From the NCBI RefSeq assembly GCF_009914755.1, contig NC_060946.1: a DNA stretch of 64,000 nt, one strand, 5' to 3'. Within the stretch, counting starts at the first letter, position 1. Each line of letters starts with the position of its first letter. The stretch is from the human T2T-CHM13v2.0 reference genome, Homo sapiens. The notes under the pieces were generated by a model. The model saw nothing but the letters and a program-made list of their open reading frames with translations. It had not been told where the DNA came from and searched no databases. Shown here piece after piece: positions 29,745 to 46,000 of this stretch. The translations under genes and the position numbers were made by a program.

Positions 29745-31217
29745 GTAAGCTTATTATGTTTTAAAAAATATTAAAACAACACTGAAAGCTCCTCCCCTCC
29801 AGTCCTCCCAGGGAGGGGGTCCCAGACATCAAACCGGGGAAGTTACTTCTTCCAGAATAGTTGTCAGTCAAAGCCCAGGCACTTCCTGTCCCCTGTACCT
29901 GGGAAAGAGGCACGTAGCAATAATTCCTCTCTCCTGAAGTCAGTCAGGACATTTTTGCTGGAGTCGACGTCTGTGTGGACAGGGCCAGCACGTGAGTTGG
30001 GCTGAATTTGCCAGTTGATTTATGTTTAAGTGTGAACACCCCAACCCCCGACACGAAAGCTCATCCTTCTCCCTATTTTTAGGGTGGATTAGTGGCACCT
30101 GCCTCATCTCCTCTCACCCTCCTAGGAAGCACAAGTGGCGGTGTCATGTGCACGCTGAGTTGTAGCTTTTGTCGTTCCACCGAGCTTTCATTGGATTGCC
30201 AAGGAAAGGGTCTTAGGAGACCGAGGTGTGGTGGGCGAGTTTGCCCGCTGGCCGTGAACCTTGGGTTTGGTGTGAGTGGGCCAGGGAGGGAGGCCTTGAT
30301 TTCTTACTCAGGCAGGCTCGGGAGGGCTTGGATTGGGACAGCAGGGTGGAATGACAGCTAATGATTAAAACCTTGGCCTGTGTCCTGCTAGGCGACAGTG
30401 CAGAAACAATCGTAAGGTCCTTCTGATGATTTGGAGAGGTGGGACTGGGCCCAGAAAGCGAAAGTGCCTACTGTGGGGGAAGCACAGTGAGTGAGTGGCA
30501 GAGCCAGGTCCCGAACCCCAGGCTCTGACCTCCCCATTCACGGCTCTTTGCAGTCCAGCTCCCAGCAGATGTTCTCCCCAGACCCTCCCAATTAATTCAG
30601 GGCTGCCCAGGTCACTGACCAGACCTGAGCCTAAAGAGAGGGCCTGCCATTTTCACATAGGAGACTTCTGCCACCTGACTGTGTTGGCCCAGTTTATGGG
30701 AGCACTTGAGGACAGGCGAAGGGCTAAGCCAGCCCCTTTTTCTGGGTTCCTCCTAGCCAGGAGTGCTATAGTCATTAAGGGACCCAGCATTTAGGGAGGA
30801 GCCCTGAGCTGGCCCTCCCTACACTCGAGGTGGCAGGGCTCACAGCTGCCCTGCCAGGTGCAGGGGCTCAGTATCCCCTCTGCTGACCCAGAGGTGTGAC
30901 TCACCCCAGGTCACGCAGCAGCCAGAGCAGGCAGTTGCAAATGCAAGGCAGGAGCCGAGCACTTGGGCATGACACGTGTCTCGTTCACAGGACGTCTCCT
31001 TCACAGTGGGTCTGTGCTTCTTTGTGGCCCAGAACAAATTAGTGGGGCTTGGATTTATGAGACAGATTCCCCAACCTCTGGAAGGTGTGACTTGCCACAG
31101 GGAAAGAAGGCCCCTCATTCATTCTGTCTCCCTCTGTGTGTATCTCTGTCTCTGTGATGTGTCTTTCTGCCTTGCTCTGTCTCTGTTTGTTTCTCTGTCA
31201 CTCCTGTTCTCTCTCAG

Positions 31218-31376
31218 GGTATGGGGTTGGTGACAGGCAGGCTCTGTTGGCATCCCTCTTTCCCCACCCTGGGGAGTGGTGTGACCATGGGCATTGGCAT
31301 GAATCCCCTAGGCGTCTTACCCTGTGTTACAGGTTGGTGCCACTGGCAGGAGTGGCCTCTCCAGCTGGTTGAATAA
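31218..31376 (+). CDS. Candidate alternative terminal exon (52 codons in phase 0; stop overlaps AATAAA)
   Basis: ~95-nt pyrimidine tract ending ctctctcag|, open frame to GAA TAA, AATAAA at 31372-31377. Confidence 0.25.
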   Translation, partial: GMGLVTGRLCWHPSFPTLGSGVTMGIGMNPLGVLPCVTGWCHWQEWPLQLVE

Positions 31377-33054
31377 ATGAAGTTGGGTGGTGCAGAGAAC
31401 CATTCCGTGTTGCGTCGAGATGCCACCAAGAGTGTAAATACATGCTAAATACATTCAAGCTTCAGGCTCCTTCCCATGTAGCCACCCTACTGGGTGGTAG
31501 GCACCAGCTGGCCTTGGCCTTGACAGCTTGAATCAGACTCCTGGCTGAGGAGCCCTGACCCATTCTTAAGCCTCAGTTTCTTCCTGTGTCCAATGAGGAG
31601 AACCAAGGCCTTGGTATGAGATTGAAGCAAGCCCCCAGCACAGTGCCAGGCACACAGAATCTGCACACTTGTGAATGCTCTCTCTCTGTTGCTTGCCTAG
31701 ATACTCTGCCTGAGCAGGATAAAGGCAGAGTTAGGATAGGAACATGTGCAGTGTTGCAGATAAGTCAACGAAACGCAAGGCCAGGGACCCCCTGCCTAGG
31801 GGTTGAGTCCTGGCTCTGCCGCTTCCCAGCTGTGTGATCTTGGACAGACTCCTTCCCTCTCTGTGCCTTGATTTCCTCCTCTGTGAAATGGGGATGATCG
31901 TGCATTGATGTGCTGGTAAATGTGTGGTGAGCGTGGCCGTTCTTAGCTTGTGGTGCTTAAAAATTAGTTCTTGTGGCAACCAAACCTTTCCTCTCAAACC
32001 ATCACTTCAAAGATTTTCAATGAGCTGGAAAACCCACACACGCCCTTTTTACTCAGGGACTTCACTTAAATATTCGTTTTATGGGAAGAAACTTTTTAAA
32101 GCCACAGACAATTACTTAAGAGTTTGGGACAACAGCAGTATCCGTGGCTGGGGCTGGGAGGGGGCAGGATTTTAGTCTTTCTGACCTTGTACATGATTTA
32201 TCTAAATAATCCATTCATTTCATCCTGGTTCCTGCCTCCGGCTTGTATTTACTCAGAGCAGTGTAGAAGAATCTATTGCGGGCACAAAATAACCCTCAAA
32301 GGCGTGCCCTGAAATGTTTTCTAAAGCCAGCCTTGAAGTAATTTGCTAATGGCCTGCCTGCTTCTGTGTCCAAGGGATAAAAGGGGGAAAGAGGGAAAAC
32401 AAATGCTTTGTCTCTGAGCCACAAAGGCAGGAAGAGGCACGTTTGTGCTGCACTCCCATGTGAGCCTGAGAAACACGCCTGGTACTCCAGGTTTAGCCGA
32501 GGAGACAAGGTGGACTCCAGTTAGAGGCCAGACAGAAAATTCCAGAACCCAGGAACAATGGCAGTGGCACAGGGGCCAAGACTGGAATAAAAGCGGGAAG
32601 TGGGGGGTCTCTGAGGCCATGGGGTGCCGCACCAAGGAGGGCTTTGGAGTCAGACAGACTTAGGCCTGAGTCTCAACTCACCACGTGCAAACTGAGTGAC
32701 CTTGGGCAGCTTAAATCACCTCTTGCAGCCTCAGTGCCCTCATCTGAAACATGGAGATTCAGCTGGGACTTGTCTGGTGGGTGGTTCAATGGGACAGAGT
32801 GGACTAAGAGCAAGCATAGCCCTGGCATGCAGGAGGTGCTGAATAAATGTTCGTTCCACGTTGCTTTTTGGGGGGCTCAGACTGTAATGTGAGTCCTACC
32901 TTCCTAGAAGGCTAGACTGGTGCCTCAGGGAAGCAGAGTAAGAGCCTGATCAACCTGTGTTTGTATTTACTGTGTGCAGGGCTCCATGCTAAGCATCAGG
33001 TGCATATAACTTGCATGTCTTCATTAATTCACTCATATTTTCATTCAACCAGTA

Positions 33055-34102
<1,048 letters not shown>

Positions 34103-34221
34103 TAGTGAGGCTGATAATAAAACACATCAGAATGTAAATATGTCATATATGTGCTGAAAATGAGAGAACTATCTTAAAATATCAAGGGTCTGTCTTTAAC
34201 CTCAAACTATTGCTGTATATT

Positions 34222-34451
34222 AGAGTTTCTCAGCCTCAGCTCTAATGATATATTGGGCTACATAATTGTTTATGGCTGTGGGGGGTAAGGGGTAGAGTCT
34301 GTGCATTGTAAGCTTATCCCTGGTTCCTACCCACTAGAAGCCAGTAGCATCCCACAGTTGTGACAACCAAAAATATCCAGACATTGCCAAGTCTCTTGGG
34401 GGCAGAATCACAATGCCCCCTCCCAGCCCCCATCCAGGTTTGAGAACACTG
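34222..34451. mobile_element. MER20 (hAT-Charlie)
   Basis: cccactagaagccagtagca...gttgtgacaaccaaaaatatccagacattgccaa...ttgagaacactg. Confidence 0.85.
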
Positions 34452-34866
34452 TCGTATATAATGTGGTGTGGGGCACAATAATTGTAGCTGGGGTATATTC
34501 TCCCAGTGACTTAAATATGGGGAGAAGGGCAGGGATCCCACATCCATGAGCCTCTCCTGCTTGCCAGGAACCACACAGCTGCCCCTGTGGGGTATAGCCC
34601 CATACTTTGTGAATGGAGAAATCTGAAGCACAGAGAGGGGAAGTCACAGGACTGGGGATCCATGAAGTGGGGACTCCATCCAGCATGTGTCGGCCTTGCT
34701 GGGAGCATGACCACACCCTGCACTGGGGATTCACTATTAAACATCGGCCCCAGAGCTGAGCGTTCAGTCCTCCAGCCCAAGGCCGAGTGGGAGTATTTGC
34801 TTCTGTGTTAATTATGGACTGTAATGGAGGCTTAAAATATTCAGCAGGGCTCAGCATCTCCCCCAA

Positions 34867-34867
<1 letters not shown>

Positions 34868-34915
<48 letters not shown>
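34868..34915. repeat. (CA)24 microsatellite
   Basis: Directly visible. Confidence 0.98.
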
Positions 34916-34920
<5 letters not shown>

Positions 34921-35034
34921 ACTGCTTCAGCAAGTGGGGGAGAATTGCAAGGAAAGGATGTATAGAACTCCTGCCTTCAGAAGCTGCATTTCAGCCCCAT
35001 CTCCATCAGTACTCTCTCCCTACTGGGGTCCTCC

Positions 35035-35675
<641 letters not shown>

Positions 35676-35677
35676 TC

Positions 35678-35867
35678 ACCTCAACCTCCCAAGTAGCTGG
35701 GACTACAGGTGTACACCACCACACCTACCTAATTTTTTTGTATTTTTAATAGAGACAGAGTTTTACCTTGTTGCCCAAGGTAGTCTCAAACTTCTGGGCT
35801 CAAGGGATCCACCTACTTCAGCCTCCCAAAGTGCTGGGATTACAGACGTGAGACACTGCATCCAGCC
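35678..35867 (-). mobile_element. Partial AluJ
   Basis: Reverse Alu, left arm plus part of right arm. Confidence 0.85.
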
Positions 35868-35929
35868 AACGTATCTTTTTAGGGGCCACTGTCAGCCCCC
35901 CACACACTCCCCACAGCTTACACTCTGGC

Positions 35930-36440
35930 CCCTCCCATCCAGTCCATTCTCCTCCCAACAACCCAAGAGATCAGGTCATTCCCCTGCCTCACCCCAGACT
36001 TAGATGCCCAGTTTTCCTGTGCGACCTGGCCCTGCCTCCCTGCTAACATCAGCTCCTACCTCTGTCCTTTATGCTCACTCTGACCTTGCCCCTCTGACCT
36101 CCTGCTCTTCGTCAGTCACCCCCTGCTCCTTCCAGACGCCAGGACTTTGCCATCACCATTCCCTCTGCTGAAATGCCCTTGCCCTCTCTTCACCTCTGCA
36201 GAGAGGCTTCCCGACGTTCCAGGCTGTGGTGAACTCCCTGCGTTTCCCTGCACCCATCCTACATTTCTTCCTGGGACCTATCTCATTCTATACTTATTTC
36301 ATGTCACTTGTTCCCTGGTTTATTCTCTGACTCCTCTACTAGGATGTAAGGTCCATGAGGGCCAGGGCTTTGGCCGTCCTGGTTCACCTTGATATTGCCA
36401 GTACCCAGAACAGTGGCTAGGAGCTCACAGAGTATCTGCC
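35930..36440 (+). mobile_element. LINE2 fragment
   Basis: tgtaaggtccatgagggccagggctttggccgtcctggttcacc L2 3' motifs. Confidence 0.65.
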
Positions 36441-36573
36441 TTCCTGAAATCCACTGTCCTTCATTCTTGTGTCCACCCTGTGACACCACCTCCATATTAT
36501 AGATGGGTAAACTGAGGCCTGGAGAGGATAAGTGACACAGCCCTGGTGTACACCTCTTAAGAGATGACAAGAA

Positions 36574-36622
36574 GTGTACGGCCACATCACCCTGAATGCT
36601 CCCAGTCTCATCTGATCTCAGA
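36574..36622 (+). pseudogene. 5S rRNA 5' fragment (tailless retropseudogene)
   Basis: GTGTACGGCCACATCACCCTGAATGCTCCCAGTCTCATCTGATCTCAGA; about 40/49 matches to 5S nt 1-49 as recalled. Confidence 0.85.
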
Positions 36623-36714
36623 GTTGACGCCAGGATTCTAGTCCAGGGAGGCCTGGAGTTCTTTCCCTGTAGAGGGCAGGATGGAAAATCTGAAGTATAA
36701 TGGTAATAAAAACC

Positions 36715-37280
36715 ACTCATTCATTCATTAGGAATTTTTAATTGAGTACCTGTTTTGTACCAGATACTGTGCTCAGTAGAGGAGAAAACAGGCAGGGTCT
36801 TTGCCCTCATGGGACTCATAGGAGCAGGGAGACACATTAAACAATTAAGTAAACCAATGAATGAACAAAGAAAGTACTCTCAGATAATGGTGAGGGCTCT
36901 GAAGAAAATGTAACAGGGCATGGGGACCCATGGGAGTGTATTTTAGGAACAGTGGTCAGGAAAGTCTTCTCAGGAGGTGACATTGGAGCAGAGACCTGCA
37001 TGAGTGAGGGGATGAGCCCCAGAAAGTTTGGAGGGACATTGGGACAGCAGGAAAGGCAGTGCAAAGGCCCTGAGGCAGGTTCGTGCCTGGTGTGTTTGAG
37101 GAGCAGCAAGGAGCCCAGAGTGACTGGAGCAGCACAAGTCAGTGGGAGAGGTGAGCTCAGAGAGGTGGGCCAGGGGCCAGGCCGGATAGGGCCAGGGAGG
37201 GGGATTCTGATAGGATGTCAGATTTTAGCATTGGAGGGTACTGAGCAAGGGAGAGCTATATCTGTGCCTCTGTGTGGAGT
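36715..37280 (-). mobile_element. LINE2 fragment
   Basis: cactcattcattcatt...gtggtcaggaaagtcttctcaggaggtgacatt...gcaaaggccctgaggcagg. Confidence 0.8.
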
Positions 37281-38174
37281 GTTGGAAGAGAAGAACAGAA
37301 TAACAACTCTAGCTACCACTTCTTGAGTGCCTGCTGTGTGCCAGGCACAGGTTGTTACTAATACATTTCTCCTGGAGATCTGGGCTTCAAAGAACTGGGG
37401 TCCAGCTGCTGTGTGCCCTTCCCCCATCTCCCACTGCCTGTGCCAACTGCCAACTGCCACCTGCTACGTCATGTCTAGAGCCCTGCCAGGTGCCCTGGTC
37501 TCGGGCTGCACCTTGGGGTTTGGATTCAAGGGGTTAGACTTAAAGCCAGCCCCAAAGGCCAGCATGATGTCACTTCATTCTCTGCTACAGTGTCGCCAGG
37601 CAGGCAGGACAGGCTGCTTTCTTTTTGGCTGGCCTCACCCAATTTCAGGTCTCCTTTCACCCTCCTGGCAGCAGAATGATGTCACCCAGAGAACAATGGT
37701 TCCTTTATAGATCTAGCCTGGGCCAAAGTCTGGGTCTCAGAGTAGGAGCCTCTGGGAGAGACCTGGAGTGAATGGAGGGGCAGAACAGAGGGCTTGGGTG
37801 CTCCACAGGGATCTGCTTTTGTTAAGTAATGTTAATCTCCTTTCCTGTCTCCCCAACCAACAAAATACGGTGTGCTCAATGTATTCTTGGAACATATAGA
37901 AAAATGTAAAGAAAACAAAGCCCACCCATTCTCCTAACATCACATTGATGAAAACCACTCCTAGCATTGGAATGCATTTCCTTCTTGTCTTTTTCCCCCC
38001 TCTTCCAAACAAAATTGCCAACCCTCTTTCTCTTTATATCCTTTAAAAAATGTGAAAGTTTTGTATGTCTTTATGACACTTTTAATGCCCTTGCAACATT
38101 TGTGTGCTCCATAATTTATTAACCTGTCTGGCTGGACATTTGGGTAATTTCCCGTTCTGGGCTACCAGGAGTGA

Positions 38175-38803
<629 letters not shown>

Positions 38804-38814
38804 TTAGTTGTAAT

Positions 38815-39228
38815 GGTGTGCTGGTAAAATGTTTAACAACCCCGTCTTCTTGGGGAAAAAGCTTTGATTGGTAGCATTTGCGCAATTTGGTGGTATAAAT
38901 ACTCCCACCATAGCCAATTGTAAGCTTCTAACTAGTTTTCACTAAACACAAAGTTGGGGAAAGATGGGCAGTAGATTACTGTTCTTTAGTATTTTTACCA
39001 CACAGATATAATAGACATAAGTGACGGCAAGCCCGTGGAAAATAATAAAATGTAGCAAAGTAATTAGGAAGTGATGAGATGGGAATATTTATTACTTTTG
39101 CTTTTAATGTGATTTCTTTAATTGTAAGTTTAGATCGTTTAATCTTCAGTAATGGCTGTGTTTAATACCTGGCTCCTGAAAATTGCAGTTGTCCCTCAGG
39201 GGCCAGGACAAGCCAGCTCCAGTATACG
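38815..39228. mobile_element. MER63-like hAT DNA transposon
   Basis: gtgtgctggtaaaatgtttaacaacc...ggtataaatactcccaccat...ccagctccagtatac. Confidence 0.7.
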
Positions 39229-39430
39229 CAGCTGGTTAAGAGAGTGAATTGTGGGATCTGGGAGTTGTGAGTTTGAATCCTGGTTCTGCGTCTCCCTTGC
39301 TATGTGGCTTTGGGTAGTTTTCCTACTTTTTTAAAGCCTCAGTTTCCTCTTCTGTAAAATGAGGCCAATAATATTATTCCCCCACAATTGCAGTATGTGG
39401 AACTGCAGCACAACGCTTGGTGCATAATAG

Positions 39431-39942
39431 TGAGGTAGGAAGTGGGACTCGACTCCAGAGGCGGGGCTCGGGCACCGGACCACATTGAGGACTAGCTAAA
39501 ACAGAACCAGGGCAGAAGCAGCTTTCCAATCAGACACGCTTACCAGTGTGACATGTCGGTTTACCATTGATTGCCATGGTAACACCTGGGAGTTACTGTC
39601 CCTTTCCCATTGATTGCCATGGTAACACCTGGGAGTTACTGTCCCTTTCCATGGCAATGACCCAATGACCCAAAAGTTACTACCCTTTCCCTAGAGATTT
39701 CTGCATAAACTGCCCCTTAGTCTACATGTTATTAAAAGTGGGTATAAATGTGACTACAAAACTGCCCTGAGCTGCCACTCTCTGCCTGTGGGATAGCCCT
39801 GCTCTGCTGGGGCTGTCACGGAGCTGGAACACTGCCACTTCAATAAAGCTGTTTTCTTCCATCTCAGCTTGCCCTTGAATTCTTTCTTGGACAAAGCCAA
39901 GAACCCTCATGGACTAAGCCCCACTTTGCCTGTCCTGTATCA
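39431..39942 (+). mobile_element. ERV1 solo LTR (MER4 group, MER66-like)
   Basis: TG...CA ends, 4-bp TSD ATAG/GTAG, TATA (gtataaat ~39742), AATAAA at 39842; inserted in a MIR. Confidence 0.85.
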
Positions 39943-39969
39943 GTAGGATCTCAGTGAACAGTCATTATT

Positions 39970-40268
<299 letters not shown>

Positions 40269-40466
40269 AGTCATTATCATCATCACCATTGTTATCTGAT
40301 CAGAGCTTAATAGTTGGCAAGGCACAGTCAAACATGATAGCCTCTAAGGTGGTCCTCTCAGTGATTCTTGCCTTCAGTTATTCACACTGTTGTGAAGTCC
40401 CCTTCTATGCTGTACTGGGTTGGTCAGTGTGACCAACAGAATACATGGCATCACTTCTGAGATGAG

Positions 40467-40769
40467 GTTTTTTTTTTTTTTTTTTTTTTTTTGAGATGGA
40501 GTCTTGCTCTGTCGCCCAGGCTGGAGTGCAATGACGCAATCTCGGCTCACTGCAACCACCCCTTCCTGGGTTCAAGTGATTTTCCTGCCTGGGGACAGTA
40601 GCTGGGATTACAGGTACGTGCCAACACACCTGGCTAATTTTTTGTTTTTTCAGTAGAAATGGGGTTTCATCGTGTTAACCAGGATGGTCTCGATTTCCTG
40701 ACCTTGTGATCCACCCGCCTTGGCCTCCCAAAGTGCTGGGATTACAGGCGTGAGCTACCGTGCCCGGCT
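40467..40769 (-). mobile_element. AluSc-like element inside a MaLR LTR (~40360-41165)
   Basis: Reverse Alu; TSD tgagatgaggttt; flanks contain MLT1 motifs (gagataataaatgtttgttg...ttgttacgcagc). Confidence 0.9.
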
Positions 40770-42005
40770 GAGATGAGGTTTCAAAAGACACTGCAGCTTC
40801 CCTCTTGATCACTCCCTTTCTTGGAGCTTTCACTCTGGGGAAAGCTGCTGTGTCTTGAGGACCCTCAAGCAGCCCTGTAGAGAGGCCCATATGGTGAGGA
40901 ACTGAAGCCTCCAGTCCACCACCAGCAAGGAACTGAAATCTGGCACACAGGTGAGCTTGGAAGCAGATCTTCCAGCCTGCAGGTGAAACTGCACCTCTGG
41001 CCAACAGCTTGACTCCAAACTCATGAGATACCCTGAGCCAGGACCATTCACTGAAATCCTTCCTAGATCCCTGGCTTCCAGAAACGGTGTGAGATAATAA
41101 ATGTTTGTTGTTTCCACCCACTGAGTTGTGGGGCTATTTGTTACGCAGCCAGAGATAACTAGTACACATTTCTTCTCACTTACGCTTGTGGAAATAGTCC
41201 AAGGATGGCCAGGGAGTATTATTTAATGCCTTGTCTTGCAGATGAGTAAATTGAGGTGGGAAGACCTGCCCATGGTCTGTAATGTGTAGGTGTTGGTATT
41301 CCCAGTGGATACCTTTCTTGTCTCATGTGTTCTTGCCCATAAAGGAGGCTGGCTGCTCAGCCAGCCTGGGGTCAGGCTCCCAGGGGCTTTTGAGCAGCTC
41401 ACCCTTTTAGGAGTTGGCATGAATCTCCCAGCATGGGATGGAATTTGTTTCTTGGATTCTAAGTGCCCATTACCCCACTTAACTCATCAAACATTCATTG
41501 TAAGAGCTGGGCCATAAACAGCAGCGACCGCTATGCAGAGATATGAGAGCATGGTGGCTTTTCTCCAGCATCAGTTTCTAGTCCAGAGAAGTTCTGTCAG
41601 ATTGCCCTGCTCCCTTGGAAGGAGGGTCTGAAGCATACCTTATTACTAAGAATTAAAAATTGCAGAGTTTGTGAACACCTTTGACTTTTGTTTTCTAAGC
41701 ATAGATTTGGTATCTTCTGCTGTTCTTTCTTGATGGCAAGAAAAGAGGGGTGCAGGTAGAATTAGCTGAGTACAGTTCAGAGCTTGGCTCTCCCTTCAGA
41801 CAGTCCTTAGTTTGAATGCCAGCTTTGCCACTAGTCAGCTTTGGGACCTCAGACAGGTGACTTTAATTCTGCAAGCCTCAGATGCCTTGTGAAGTACCCA
41901 GCATGATGCCTGGAACCTCGGAAGTGCATAATAAATGCCAGGCACAGTTGCTATCCTTACAACCTTGATACATTAGTCAGATTAGAGTATGCTATGCTGC
42001 AGTAA

Positions 42006-42335
<330 letters not shown>

Positions 42336-42828
42336 TGTTGGTTTCGTATTCATGCAAAGTTAGCTGCTGGTCCAGGGGCCATCTATAGCAGGCGCCTCTC
42401 CAGGTTGTTCGCATCTGGCATCTAGGCCATCTGGGAAGATGTGACTTCTTTGTAAAAATTTCAGAGGAAAAAACTGGAGGGCCACATTCAAGGCAGAGGC
42501 TATTGTCCCATTTTACAGATGGGGAAATTAAGGCTTAAAGAGTAACATATTTTAAGCATTGACCATGTGCCAGCCACTGAGCTAAGCAGATTGTCTTAAA
42601 TCCCTATAGAAACCCCATCCAAGAGGTATTATCTATGTCGGGTCTGTTTTACAAATGATAAAGTTGAGACTTGGGGAGAGGTGAGTTGCCCAGAGTCACC
42701 TAGTTCATAGTCGACCAAGCATGGACTCCAGCCCAGGTCTGCTGACGTCTCATTTCTTGTGCCTCCCATTTGAGGAAGTGGATTGAGAGATTTGGGGTTC
42801 GTTTCCTGAGAGGTACCATGGTGTAGAA

Positions 42829-43042
42829 CTGGGTTTCACACCATGGTGACATTGACGTTCGGGGCTGGATAATTCTCTGTCATAGGGAGCTGTCCTGGGC
42901 ACTGTAGGATGCTGAGCAGCATCCCCGGCCTCTGCCCACTAGATGCCTGCACCATCCTTCCCATCCCCAGTTGTGATGCCCAAAAATGTTTCCAGCCATT
43001 GCCAAATGTAAGGGGCAAAGTCACCCTGGTTGAGAACCACTG
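42829..43042. mobile_element. MER20 (hAT-Charlie)
   Basis: gctggataattctctg...gcagcatccccggcctctgcccactagatgcc...ggttgagaaccactg. Confidence 0.9.
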
Positions 43043-46000
43043 ATGTAGATCGTAAGAGCTCATCCTGGGATGTGAGTTCACACCCCTGCCAGTCCTTAAG
43101 TAACCATGTGGCCTTACCCAACAGATTCTGGACAAGGCCAAAGTATTAGTAGTAGGCCTTTGGAATACCCTTTTAGGTAATAGAACCTTTGATTCCTGGT
43201 GTAATTTTGGGCAAGTCTGTCTGCTCTGATAAAGCGTTTTTCTTTTGCTACAAAGTGGCGCAAACAATATCAGTTCACGGAGTTGTTACGAGAGTGACAG
43301 GAGATGCTGGTGGAGGGCACATAGTTCTTTATAAACAGTGGCTTTTATTGTCATTCTAGTTATCACCTGTCAAAGGGGAGGTTCAGATGGGGGCAGATTT
43401 TCTGGTGTTTGGAAGTACTCTTCACGGTCTATTAATTCCCAGTCCCTCATCTCCTGGCTCCATGTCCAAATATTTGCTTTCTGCCAAAGCCAGAAGTTAT
43501 CCAGCACCTCACGTTCCCACCATCACCAGCCTGATTTCTAGAAACAGCCCTTCCCTGGGCACACCTATGATTTAACACCGGTAATTCCTTAATTCGTAGC
43601 TAGGAGCCTGTTCTTTTCTTCTTGGTAATTGCCTTCTGCTTTGGGAAGGATGAGGGTTGGATGTGGCAGCCACGTTGCAGACATCTTGGCAGGAAAAACC
43701 TGGGATGTTCTGGAGCCTCTGGTGCTGCATTTGAAGAGCGTACAAAGGTAGCCATGCTGGCAGATGACGTGTTGAGTTTCATTATCCATAAATGTTTTTA
43801 AATGAGCCCTAGGTGCCCATGTAAACAGGTAGCTGAGGGGCATGAGGTTGGTGTGGAATTGTTCTTCATGGAGGAGTTCCTGAGCCTTGGTTGTCAGAAC
43901 ATCTAGATCCTTCCAGTTCACTTCTTTTTTTGTTACAGCTGAGGAAGCCAAGGCCCAGAGAGGGAGAGAGACCTGTGCAAGGTCACACAGCAAATTGATG
44001 ACAGACACAGGACTGGAGCTTGGGTTTCTAAATTCATTGTTGAGGCATTGGAGGCCAGGTGATTCTCAACTTTGACATCCTTTGGAGTTGAGCCACAGAC
44101 AATTACTGAGCTCCTATCATTTGCAAAAAGCCCTGTAGTCAGCTGTGTAATATGTTAAAAATAATGAGACTCCGTCCCTGCATTTGGGTTTTTAGAAAAG
44201 TGAGCATATGTGTATCCCAGTTGTGCAGCTTTGAACCAATGTCCTCTCCATTACACTGGCTATGGGCCTCAGTTTCCCCATATGTTTTTTAGAGGTTGTG
44301 GTGTGACCTCTTAAGATCTTTGCAGTAAAATCAGCTCAGATTCAAATCCCTGCTCCCCTGTCTACTAGCCATGTGACTTTGAGCAAGACTTTGAGCAAGC
44401 CTCAGTTTCCCCATCTGTTAAAAGGGAATCATAATACTCTTCATGGTGGTGAGAATTCCATACAGTAACGAGTGTGCTGGGCACACTGGTAGGTGCTCAG
44501 TAGCTTCACTCTGCCTGGCCTCCCTTTTGGACCACCAGGGCTGCTCACAGCTTGGCAACAACATTCCTTCCTCCCAGCTTTTGCACAAGCTGTTCCCTCT
44601 GCCTGGAATGACGGAACCGTGGCACAGGCTCCACTGGTGTTTTAAGAGGGTTAAGCCTCTTCTTCAAATGGTGCCATTTTCTCTCCAGAGTGACCCCCAG
44701 CCTCGAGTGTTTTAGTTGTTAGAAGGGAGTGAGGTGGACACATGGGCCTGGCATAGAGCCAGCAGCCCCATCCTCTTCTTCCCGGCCTCTTTTGCATCCA
44801 CTTGGCTTCCCTGCCCCCCTTGCAAGATTCTTCCCATCCCATCCTGCCCCACCCCACCCCTAAGTTGCTACTTGATGATCAAAGCATATTTGTGTGTCAT
44901 TAACAGCCACGGCTAATTAGGAAGGAAGGGTTAAGTAGGAGGCATTCCTATACACGCCTGGGAGCTGAACAGTTAGAGATTTTTCATATGCTATGTTGGA
45001 TTTTCTTTTCCTCTTCTCATGCATAAATACAAGTCCTTTTGTGGGGGAGATGAAAAAAGAATGGAGGTCATTAGAGATCTGCTTAGTGAGTTTCCTAATC
45101 TTTTCATGGGATGCGGAGCCCCGTGGATTTTCAACAACTTAGTGCCATTGGTTGAAAAATGGTTTCTGAGCTGAATTGTGGTGAAGCGGCTGCTGTGGTT
45201 CAGTGGTGTCTGATTGCTGGGATGGGGGTGGAGGAGGAGACAACAGGGGTACAGATGGGCCTGAGTTCAAATCCTGGCACCACACTTCTGACATCTAGGA
45301 CCTTGGCCAAGGGCCTCAACCTCTTTGAGTTGTGATATCCTTGCATTTACAGAGGGCTAAAGATATGAAGATTGAACTCAAACTTGGGTGGGCATCAGAT
45401 ATATCTTGGGTCCTGGTGCCACGAGGAGAGTACCAGGCAGGTGCCTTGGGGGTCTGAGGAAGGACCCAGAATCTGCTTTGTGTGGCAAGAGCTCTAGGTG
45501 AGCCCCAGGTAGAGATGGTTACGTGGACACCGCCCTTTAAGGACCAATCCCTTAATGTTTCTTCATGTTCATAAAAATAAGTAAATAAATACATATCTGA
45601 TGGATGAATACATGAATGCATGGACCAGTGCATGAACGGATGCCAAGCTCCTAGCTGGCTTCACACCAGGTGTTGGGTGGATGATGAGGGCCCAGCAGAG
45701 CTGTGCTATCTTGCCAGGAACATGATTTGGAGAGGCTCAAGATTATAATTCTGAATTTCCTGTTCAACAGCAACTTGTGTCCATGAGGGCAAGTCTCCCT
45801 TCTCTGAGGACTACAGAAGACTGTGGGTCTGTTGTGGTCCAGTCTCAAGAACTCAATGGTCAGTCCTTGTCCTGACCAACCGAGAAAGTCTGGTTTTGTT
45901 CTCACTCCCCTAATTGGTACCCTCCAGGCTATTTGGGCTTTTCTGTGGGTGCCCCAGCCCCAGCCCCATCTCTTTGCACCCCCATAAGCCATTGCTTTAG

